Assembly: GCA_964016885.1 (NCBI GenBank)
Contig: OZ024746.1
Coordinates: 50,778,001-50,842,000 of the forward strand
Source: Eledone cirrhosa
Taxonomy: Eukaryota
Reading direction: 5' to 3'
DNA: 64,000 bases
In this document: piece by piece, positions 51,935 through 63,100 of the stretch
Layout: every line of letters begins with the position of its first letter
Position numbering within the stretch: the stretch's first letter is position 1
Notes under the pieces: generated by a model
Told to the model about the DNA's origin: nothing
The model's input: only the letters and a program-made list of their open reading frames with translations
Databases searched by the model: none
Position numbers and translations under genes: made by a program

Positions 51935-53684
51935 CAATGTCGGACTGGAACCTAACACCACATCTTGCATCAAACACCAGAGACACACCTTATACTACAT
52001 ACCCAACACTAACTGATCTATTATAACACAAACAACGACATCCCGCTGGAACCCTTCGCAGGGAGAATACCCATTCATACCTCTACGTCAGGTGTGACAA
52101 CATCCACCCACTTGAACGGCACTACACCGCTCTAAGGGTAATTTGAGCATGATTTGATCGGTTGGATAGTGTTGTGCAGAGGAAACACCTTCCTTAGACA
52201 GATAAAAAATGATTTAATCTAGTAACGCTGTTGAGCAGTAGGACCAGGCTGCTGAGCGCAGTGAGTGAATGCATTGCAACTGCCGTGCGGGTTGTACATA
52301 TATGGATGATCTGACGGTCAGAGAGGGGTCGCGAGGACTGCGGATTGACCTCTGGCCGGCCTGGGGATGATTATCTTTCGACATCCAATGTAGCAAGCGT
52401 TGACCCAGAACTTACCAGAGATCATTGGGTCCTGAAGCAATCCTGCAATCACCGCGCCTGGTCTTATGAGTAGACCACAACCACAGAGATCATTAATATA
52501 GAATCCTCGCTCATCATCTATAATTTCCATTTGTGGCAGCTTACGATGGGTTAATCCACCATAATAATATGATCACCTTCAGCATAACTTAATTAAACTA
52601 CTATATAATTAATACACTTTATGCTTTAAAAATTTTCTTGGAGGATGCGCATCACCATAGAAATTAGGGTTTATATTGTGACACATTTTAATAGCTAGGT
52701 ATAGAAACCCCGGAGTTACCTCCCCGCATGCATTAACTCCCCTTAGCCACACGCACACTTCCGGGTGGTATTCAATGGCGTTTCTCGAAACGTAACAGCC
52801 TCCTGTATTGAACTAAAGAACACCAGACTACGATCTCTAACTGGATTGTCAAACGCTCAATATCGGATTGTCGTGGATTATGTGAGGGGCATATAATCGA
52901 AAAATACACTCCCCTGACCATGAAAATGCCGAAGTACATGAAATACTTGACATCCCTTCGCTGTGCATCTCCAATACTTTTAACACTTTTAATGCTTGCA
53001 CTATTTTTAATGCTTTTAACATTTCTCCACACACAGACTATATCAATCATATAAAGAATTTGCCACCAGATCTACCAACCTAACACTCTTGTTTACCTAC
53101 CTAAGTGCCTCTACCACACATATCTCTCTGCCACACTATATAAACAAGACGCACATGCGTGCCACACATATAACATTTGCACTATATAACCGCTTATCTT
53201 CATGTTGTATTTTAACCTGTATTTTTGATTTTTGATTGTACCTCTTAATATAAATGTAATCTCGAAGTGTGTACTGCCACTCTAAATTCTGTAATGAATG
53301 TTGACCCACAATGTTTGAATATGTATCAATGTTTGAATATCTATCGGTATGTCTCTCGGCTGAAAAGGAGGTCATATAACTGTCCATGCATTAATAAATT
53401 GCTCCGAAGAATCCAAACCTCGGTTTGGAGGAAACAGCTGTAAGCACAATAATGTTTTGAACAGTTCTTTGATTCTTATATTTCATATAACTGCTCTGTA
53501 AATCATCTGATGTTTTACATTGAGCTACTTAACTTACTGGTAATAAGGTAGTAATACATTACTGCCTACCACTATTTAGGGTGTGTGTAAAATACTTATA
53601 ACTGCATAAGGTTTTGTATTTACATAACCATAAATAGTATAACTAATACTATATATATATATATATAAATATATATATAAATAT

Positions 53685-53735
<51 letters not shown>

Positions 53736-53770
53736 AATATATAAATATATATATAAATATATAAATATAT

Positions 53771-53803
<33 letters not shown>

Positions 53804-53820
53804 AATATATAAATATATAT

Positions 53821-54009
<189 letters not shown>

Positions 54010-54918
54010 AATTAATAAAATAATGAATAAACAAAGAAACAGTTCCTTACATTAAAAGAAATTCATCATTTTACGATCGTTTCTAGGATATACATGTGTT
54101 AGAGTTGGTATGCATATTCTATAGATCTATGTACAATATTTATACAAACTATCAGAGGGAATATACATACCTATACATATATATGCTGTCTTCAGAAATA
54201 ATGATATTTGTTTATTGAAAAAACAAAGATTCAATACAATAGGTATGTTTGGGAACAGGTTTTGAATTGACCAATAGAGAGATAGTGAGGGTCAAGGTAG
54301 TAATATAGTAGTAGAAGAATCTTAAATTATGGGTAGAGGAAGGTAGATTTCAGTTTTGGAAGGAAAAGAATATTATGAATGAAGGATTATTTTAGGGAAG
54401 AAATAGGTCTTATGCTGACCTCAGAAATAATTTTATTTGTTCATTGAATAAAACCAACAAAAGTCTAATATATTCTGTCGGTTTGGTAAGAGGTTCAGAA
54501 TTAACCAATAGAAAGTTAATAATTGGCCAAATGGTAAAATAGTAGTAATGGAAGCTTATTTTAGGGGTGAAAATAGGTCAAGTGGTTAGTAAAAGGTATA
54601 CAAGCAGTTGCTGTTATAAAATAGTAATGCCAATACAAATATCTAAGGTGACTAAAGTTTTACGACAAGAATGTTAGTGAAAAAAATACATCTATGAAAA
54701 GAATATAAATTAATTTAATTGATGGGTATATTTATATTGATAAAATTATACTAATACATATAGATATGATAAATAAGAGTTAGATGCAGTTGAAAAGTGC
54801 TGTTAAAGATGAGGGGAAATTAAAAGAATATAAAAATAATATATATATATACTTATATATATATATATACACATATATATACACATACACACACACATAT
54901 ACACACATATATATACAC

Positions 54919-54957
<39 letters not shown>

Positions 54958-55369
54958 CATGCATATATACATGCATATATACATACATACATACATATAT
55001 ATACACACATACACACTTACATATACATATAATTATTGGGGTGGGGGGGGATTAAATTTATTAGTGAGAAATAATAAATATATATAGTTTTCAAGGAACA
55101 TAGAGTCATAACCTGAAGTTAAAGCATTATATATGTTTACTTAATGGTATCAGTTTTAGGAAATGATAGTTGTAAGAAGGAAAGCAAAATTATGTAGTTC
55201 ATCAGTAGTAGAATATTAATTATAGGTTAACTAAATTAAAAATAGTTTATATATTAATTTCTAAAGTGTATATTAATTAGGTTTATAATATTTAAAGGTT
55301 TTTCTCAGTTTATGATTACACGATATTATTAATTCCTGTCGCTTATTTAATAGGATATCCTTAGATTTC

Positions 55370-55371
<2 letters not shown>
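54010..55371 (-). mobile_element. Severely 5'-truncated PLE (Hydra-clade-like): last 33 codons (55273-55371) plus 3' UTR
   Basis: [32 protein letters not shown] parallels LLNKKSEVFATCQHRFRHSFQNFKPNI*; hammerhead near the 3' end. Confidence 0.75.
54063..54204 (-). ncRNA. Hammerhead motif with ~105-nt extended stem II
   Basis: UCAUUAUUU-CUGAAGA-long hairpin (GGUAUGUAUAUUC/GAAUAUGCAUACC)-GAAA-CGAUCG-UA-AAAUGAUGA; 9-bp stem I. Confidence 0.78.
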
Positions 55372-55431
<60 letters not shown>

Positions 55432-55446
55432 AATATATATATATAA

Positions 55447-55565
<119 letters not shown>

Positions 55566-55774
55566 TATATATATTTAGCTTACAGGTGTCTGTAAGATCA
55601 GTATGGGGTCAGTCATGGTAGATAGATTTGGAGGAAGGGGAGATTCCTTAAAAGCTACATTCTTAAAGGTTCTAGTATATTGACGAAGGTTTAGGGAATT
55701 CTGTGGACAATTTCTAAGTATAATCTATACAACTGTAGCCATAAATTCACGAGACACTTTCAACAGAACATACC

Positions 55775-55867
55775 CTGCGCGTATGCGCGCATGCACGCAC
55801 ACACATGTGTATGGGGGAAATATATTTATATTTGTATACGCGTGCGTGCGTGCGCGCATACACATGC

Positions 55868-55937
<70 letters not shown>

Positions 55938-55950
55938 TTTCGTGTATGTG
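55775..55950. repeat. (GC/GT)-rich and (TG)n microsatellite
   Basis: Direct reading. Confidence 0.85.
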
Positions 55951-56230
55951 TGGTTGAATGGGTAGTCTTATTTTGTTTTTATTTTTTCCTTTCCTTCTTC
56001 CTTCTCCAGCCTCACTTTCATATAGCTTGCTTTTTTTGTTTTTAAAATCCAAATTCAATAAACAAACCAGAATTTTTTCGTTCTGAGGATTGAAAGCAAA
56101 ACCTTTTGCTTTTAAGAAACCCCTGGTAAATGGAATAATTGCCTTATGTTGTTTATTACATAATAATAATTAAGCTCTGTTGCTTACATGGAGCACTCTT
56201 TTTTCCTGGACTTTTCCGACGGAATTACTT

Positions 56231-56300
<70 letters not shown>

Positions 56301-56306
56301 AATATA

Positions 56307-56498
56307 TAGGAACAAGTAAGACCCCGACGGCTGAGCTCAAGCCGTTTCGACGGCTAATTCTGTCAGAATTAGCCGTCGAAACGGCTTGAGCTCAGTCGTC
56401 GGGGTCTTACTTGTTCCTATTACCCACTCTACTACCCTAAGTATTGAGTACTTTGGTGCGTTATGGTCCACCTGGTTCCTTACCACATTTCCTTCGTT
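56307..56498 (+). mobile_element. Non-coding fold-back cassette: palindrome 56307-56419 (centre 56363), tail 56420-56498
   Basis: 56-bp arms with one mismatch; contains the 3' half of a hammerhead (stem II'-GAAA-stem III-UC). Confidence 0.82.
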
Positions 56499-56512
56499 AT
56501 ATATAAATATAT

Positions 56513-56579
<67 letters not shown>

Positions 56580-56591
56580 TATATATATATT

Positions 56592-56723
<132 letters not shown>

Positions 56724-56730
56724 TATATAT

Positions 56731-58408
56731 AACGGCGATGAATTAGTTTTGTGAGGTTTTTTATATGAAATCGTGTGTCGAAACAAATATTGTTATACTT
56801 GGGGAGGGTCATATTTGTGTAATATTGCCAGAATTAATAACAGAACACACTCACTGTTTGGTTGATTTTCGCTTCTCGCTTCTGTGTCTTTTATATCGGT
56901 AATCTAACTTACTCGGTCCTCAATGTTGCCATTGACTGACCGACGGTCAAAAATAATACAGATACAATATAGACACAAACACATATATATAGTTTATCAT
57001 AAATCTTTCGTTGCACATCTGCAACATCGTCAGTGGTGCTATCGTTTCCTCCCGTTGCATTGTATGTCTACGCCATTTTTATTCAGTCTGTCTATATATT
57101 TATTTATTTATCTGCTTGTTTGTTTATTTTTTTATTTTGTCTTCTTTGCGCATGCGTTTGCGTGTGTGTATAGTGTTTTGTTTGATGTGTGATGGGTGAC
57201 TAGTGTGTGTTTATGTGCTTGTTGTTATTGTGCTTGTGTATGTATGTATTTATTTATTTTATTTTATTTTATTTACTTATTTATACATCTCTAGGGTCAG
57301 TGTTGTTTGTTTGGGTGTTGTTGTTATTCCATTCATTCTTTCTGTTTAGTCTTGGTCTTCTAAGTTCTATTTCACTGGCCTCTCTGATTTGCCTATCTGC
57401 TGGGTCATTTCTATGTTTAGATATTATTCTAATTTCTATGATGTCTATGTTACCATCATGTTGTTGTCTAGCATATTCGTATAGTACTGACCCGTCCAGT
57501 TCTATGAGGGTCTTATACTTTTCCATAGCTCCTTCGTATACTCTGACTCTGTCTCTTTGGTTGTAGCCAGAGAACTGCATGGGGTTGATGAAGTGTTGGA
57601 TGTGTCTTTCCATTTCTGTTGGGTCGCACATGCGGGACACATTCTTCATCACTCGTACCAAATCTGCGATCAGAATATTAAACTTAGCACTACTGGACAT
57701 TGCTGAGTTTTTGAGTATCAGGTATTTGGAGGCCATGGGTTTAGCATAGTGTGAGTGGAGAATTTGGGCTCTCTAGTCTATAGTGTTAATCCAGAGTTCT
57801 GTGTCTAATACAGGTAGTCTATTGTTAGGGTGTTTGGAGGGGAAGTCGATAGTTACAGTCATATTCTGGTGTATGGAATTAGCTATCTGCTGGATGCTTT
57901 CCATCGTGCTACGTTCTAAATCAAACTTGTTAGTGCTCTCTAGTGGGGGTGTTCTTATAACTATGTTGATATCGTCTACATAACGAGAGTACATGATGAG
58001 GTCTATGGAGCTCTAATTAAGGAGATCTTTAAGTCTCCTTTCCCACCATACCATGAAAAGGTTGGCAACATCACCAGCTATGCTGACGCCGATGGCTGCT
58101 CGCTCATTTTGGGTGTAGAACTTCTCGTTGAACTTAAATATGTGGCCCTTTAGGGTAGTTTTGATACTAGCCCCTATTGAATGTGCGACCATTTTTCTTA
58201 CCTGATCATTGTTTTGGGGGGTCCGTATAGCTTTGGTCCACCCAATCCACCTTCCCATGGGAGTCTTTTTTGCCATTGAGGTTATGGTGGGGGGTCTACC
58301 TCTTATAGGTCTACTAAGGCAGAAACGTCTAAGAAAACCAACCAAACAGTGAGTGTGTTCTGTTATTAATTCTGGCAATATTACACAAATATGACCTTCC
58401 CCAAGTAT

Positions 58409-58413
<5 letters not shown>
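56731..58413 (-). mobile_element. Divergent Nematis-like PLE, 5'-truncated, internally deleted, with inverted 5' cap 58330-58413
   Basis: ORFs 58013.., 57773..57994 (YSRYVDD) and 57281..57736 homologous to 60664..63849; 58330-58413 is the reverse complement of about 56788-56870. Confidence 0.88.
56995..57038 (-). ncRNA. Minimal hammerhead motif
   Basis: CUGACGA-U-GUUGCA gaug UGCAAC-GAAA-GAUU-UA; stem II covaries with the 7192/60322 motif; stem I weak. Confidence 0.7.
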
Positions 58414-58494
<81 letters not shown>

Positions 58495-58505
58495 TTATAT
58501 ATATA

Positions 58506-59098
58506 TGATGAGGGACTAATTTTATAATATGTAATCCATGTGCAACCATGCAGTATTCTTCTCTCCTTGTTTTTCATATATATTTACCTAAACTGCGATT
58601 ATCTGTTTCTCTCTTTCTCTCTTACTGCTCCCCCGTTCTCTCTGTTTCTCTTACCTTCTCTCGCCCCCTCTGTCAGTTAACACTTTCTCTCGACTGACCT
58701 CTTCCTCGCACTTCCACTCACTCACTCTGTTTCTCCTCTTCTCACTTCCTCCCGTTCGCTAGTAGTGGGGTTCCTTCTTTCTCACACCGCATTCACGACG
58801 TACGGTCTGCTTCTCTTTCCGCTCATGAAATTCACCCAGATTATGCTGATCGGATAACTATCATGTGCTTGCTGTTTTTCCAACCTTCGGTTAGCTTTTC
58901 CTTCTGTTGTTTACTTGTCTCACTCGCTTTACGCGTTTCACTTGTCCCAATAGCTTATTTTAGCTATTGCTCGCACCAACCTGATGTATCTGATTTTTAA
59001 TGCGATGAAATACCAATGATGGTTGGCAAATCACTGATGAGGGACTAATTTTATAATATGTAATCCATGTGCAACCATGCAGTATTCTTCTTTCCTTG

Positions 59099-59104
<6 letters not shown>
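58506..59104 (+). repeat. Pyrimidine-rich non-coding element bounded by ~70-bp direct repeats (58506-58575, 59035-59104); possible PLE terminal repeat
   Basis: Repeat TGATGAGGGACTAATTTTATAATATG..CCTTGTTTTT; decayed hammerhead-like motif at 58976-59026. Confidence 0.55.
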
Positions 59105-59180
<76 letters not shown>

Positions 59181-59185
<5 letters not shown>

Positions 59186-59535
59186 AAGAGATGAAATCGA
59201 AAATGCAACTGAAGTCTTATTTTTTTAAAAAATATATATATTTATTTGGTTCCTTTACCGGTTTCGCAGTTCTTCTGCTTTTCAAAAGGTGAGTTGAGAT
59301 GGAGGGTCTGTGGTTTTTCTCACATCTGAGAAAAACCACAGACCCTCCATCTCAACTCACCTTTTGAAAAGCAGAAGAACTGCGAAACCGGTAAGGGAAC
59401 CAAATAAATATATATATTTAAAAAAAAAATAAGACTTCAGTTGCATTTTCGATTTCATCTCTTTTTCTTTATACTTTCACTCGTGTAGGACACCTCGCTT
59501 ATTTTTCATTTTGTAAAAAAAACCTCACTTTCTAA
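59181..59535 (+). mobile_element. Non-coding fold-back cassette: palindrome 59181-59468 (loop CATC 59323-59326), tail 59469-59535
   Basis: Inverted arms of about 142 bp; variant hammerhead in each arm. Confidence 0.85.
59360..59397 (+). ncRNA. Hammerhead motif with compensatory U3-A8 core
   Basis: CCUU-UUGAAAA-GCAG aagaa CUGC-GAAA-CCGG-UA-AGGG (AAGG in the other arm). Confidence 0.72.
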
Positions 59536-59554
59536 TATATATATATATATATAC

Positions 59555-59675
<121 letters not shown>

Positions 59676-59697
59676 CATTTATATATATATATATATA

Positions 59698-59740
<43 letters not shown>

Positions 59741-59766
59741 TTATATATATATATATATATATATAC

Positions 59767-59800
<34 letters not shown>

Positions 59801-59841
59801 TTATATATATATATATACATTTATATATATATATATACATT

Positions 59842-59891
<50 letters not shown>

Positions 59892-59893
<2 letters not shown>

Positions 59894-59970
59894 ACCCACT
59901 CTACTACCCTAAGTATTGAGTACTTTGGTGCGTTATGGTCCACCTGGTTCCTTATCACATTTCCTTCGTT
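59892..59970 (+). repeat. Solo tail of the 56307 family
   Basis: Matches 56420-56498 with one mismatch; TA both sides. Confidence 0.85.
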
Positions 59971-60104
59971 ATATTTATATATATATATATATTTATATAT
60001 ATAATTATTTATATATATATATATTTATATATATAATTATTTATATATATATATATATTTATATATTTATATATATATATATATTTATATATTTATATAT
60101 ATAT

Positions 60105-63100
60105 ATTTCGTTTCTGAATTTGTTTAGCAAGATTCTTTATCTGAAATCGTGTGTTGAAACCGATATTGTTATACTTTGGGAGGGTCATGTTGCCAATAAG
60201 AAACACACGCACCAGTTGCTTTCACTTCAATTTAATTTATTAAATATTTATAAATTTACAAATTTATAAATTTCTGGTTGGTTGGTTGGTTCCACAACCA
60301 GATAGTTGTTTATATATATATAGTCATAGTTCTTTCGTCACACACTCTGTGACCTCTTCAGTGACTGGGGATTTCGTTCTTCGTTTCTGTGTCTTTCCTT
60401 TCTTCTATCCTACGCCATTTTGTTTGTGTGTGGGTTGCGTGCTCAGTTTGTGCATGCGCCACATCCGGGTGTCTGTGTGTGTTTGTGTTCATTTTTCTAT
60501 TTTTCTATTTATATTTTTCTATTTGTTTGTTTATTTATTTATTGTTGGTTGTTTGTTCTATGTGTGTGTGTGTTTTCATTTTGTCTTGTGTGTGTTTTCA
60601 TTTTGTGTGTGTTTTCAATTGTAAGTTGTTTGTTCTATGTGTGTGTGTGTTTTCATTTTGTCCTTAATTGTAAGTTGTGATGTTGCTGTTCCACTCATAT
60701 TTTCTATTTAATTTTGGTTTTAATTCTTTTATGCTTACTGCCTCTGTAATTTGCCTAAACATTGCGTCTTTCTTGTGTGTGGATTCTATTTTTATTTCTA
60801 TGCTCTCTAATTTACCCCTGTGTTCTATCTTAGCATGTTGGTAGAGCACAGATGATTCTTTACTATCTTGGAGGTCTCGCCAGTGTTCATTTATTCGTTC
60901 CCCTATACTACGAGCTGTCTCACCTATGTACACTACATTTTTGTTTCTACATTGTCCTTCAGTACATCTTATGCTATATACTACATTTCTAGTTTTACAG
61001 TTAATATGGGGGCTTATTTTACAGGTTATACATTTCTTATCTATACATGAGGGTCTTTGGAACGGGTATGTCTTGCTAATAAGTGTTTTTACGGAGGTAC
61101 CAGGTCTTTCTACTATCTTAATATTGAGATTATGTTTCTTTAGGGCCCTTCTAAATTTGTAGGCTAGTTCGCCTCTAGGGGTTGTATTGATGAACATTAC
61201 ACTCTGGTATTTATTGCTATCGTACCATGAGTTTATTCTATTGGCCTTGTTCTTAGTTCTTTCTATTCTATTCCAAAATTTGCTCCTATACAAGGGGCAG
61301 GTCCCATTTATGTCATTATTTACCATTTTTTCCCATTTGGTTCTGGCTCCTTTATACACTCGGATTCTATCTCTCTGATTGTAGCCAGAGAACTGCATAC
61401 GGTGGATGAAGTGTTGTATGTGTCTCTCTAGTTCTTCGGGGTTGCACATGCGGGACACATTTCTCATCACCCGTACCAAATCCGCAATCAGTATGTTGAT
61501 TTTGGTATGGTCCGAAACGGCTGAGTTTCGGTGGATCAGATGTTTGGAAGTCATGGGTTTGGCATAATGGGAATGGAGGATTTGTTTTTGGTTGTTAATA
61601 GTATCTAACCAGAGCTCTGTGTCTAGTACAGGTAATCGATGGTTGGGGTGTCTACTTGGGTAGTCTATAGTAACTCTAATGCTCTGGTGGATGGAGTTTG
61701 CTATTTGCTGGATGCTTTCCATTGTGTTTTTCTCTAGTTCCTGACTGTTCTTTAGTGGGGGTGTCTTAACTACGATGTTTATATCATCTACGTAGCGGGA
61801 GTACATTATCAGGGTTAAGCTGTCTTCTAATTGTTCATTAAGTTTTTGTTTAAGTCTACTGTCCCACCATACCATGAATAAGTTAGCTATGTCGCCTGCA
61901 ATGCTAACACCAATGGCTGCTCCTTCCTCTTGGGCATATGTTTTTCCACTAAATTTGAACATATGTTCCTTAAGGGTTAGTTTTATGCTGGCCCCTACCG
62001 CATGTGCAATCATTTTCTTCAGTTCATCGTGGTTTTCGGGTGTCCGTATGGCTCTGGTCCACCCGTTCCATCTATCTGTGTGGGTTTTCTTGGCCATTGA
62101 GGTAATGGTAGGTGGTCTGCCTCTTGCTGGTCTTGTAGGGCACAGGTTGCTAAGGTCATAAGTGTCTAGGTAACTATTACTATGGGTAAGCTTAAGTAGA
62201 AGTCCCAGCTCACTGGTATCAATCCCACGGAACTCAACCTTGCTCTCGCTGATCATTTCGACGCATTTCTCTACAGCAAAATCCACGTCAATAGATGGAT
62301 ACAGGGACACAACATCCATACTGCCTATTATGCAGTTTGTTAGGTCCCCAGATCGGTTACCCGCGCCGATTCTGCTGAGGAGGTCCTCCGTGCTGTCACA
62401 CACATCTGGGGACATCTCAATGATGGGGCGTATGATCAGGGAGAGGAAGTAGGACAGTCTGTAGTTACTAGCAATGTTAGCCCCACAGACTGGCCGTGTT
62501 GGTGGTCCCGCGACAGGGTCCCAGCCCGTTTTATGGTCTTTACGAAGCCCATACAACGCCGGCACGTCATTGTTCCAGGCCTGGAAGTTGTTGGCAGTCC
62601 TTTTGTTGGGCTGCATTATATTTGTCCACATCACCATATGGGCATTGAGGGTTTTTTCTCTATCCTCATGCTCCTGTGGTGTTACCTCTCTTGTGTTAGT
62701 GATGTGGGGTTGCATTGCCTGGATGTAGTTTGGCAGGCTGTCAACCGACATTCTGCCAGACTTGTCTGTTGGAAAGCATGCTATCTCTCCATTACGCGAG
62801 CGCTGCATGAGCTTACGCAAGCCATTTGCAGATTCTTCTCCCAGTTGCTGGGCCTCTATTCTATTATGCTTCTTGCTATACTGTTCTATAATATTTCTAA
62901 GTTCGGATTTAGCTATACTAAATTGTGCCTCTGTTTGTTCATCGACCTGCGACGGCAACTGCGTGCGTTTGTTAAATGGCAAAGTCGTGGCGTGGACTCG
63001 TCGTAGGTCGAATGATTTATCGGAGGGGTTATAAAACGGAGAGTTCCAGGCTGCTGCTTTATGTGTACTAGTGCTATTGTTATTGTTAGTTGTGTTGTTT

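Larger units (their letters stand above)
48297..53650 (+). mobile_element. Near-complete PLE (Hydra-clade-like) with ~1.07-kb pseudo-LTRs (48459-49530, 52564-53650) and an inverted 5' cap (48297-48458)
   Basis: Direct and inverted repeats read directly; RT and C-terminal GIY-YIG with CxCx5C linker; TA flanks. Clade label is from recalled motifs. Confidence 0.88.

Noticed and set aside
48459-53650. LTR retrotransposon suggested by 1-kb direct repeats
   Set aside because: No gag, protease or integrase and no TG..CA ends; RT plus GIY-YIG and hammerheads indicate PLE pseudo-LTRs.
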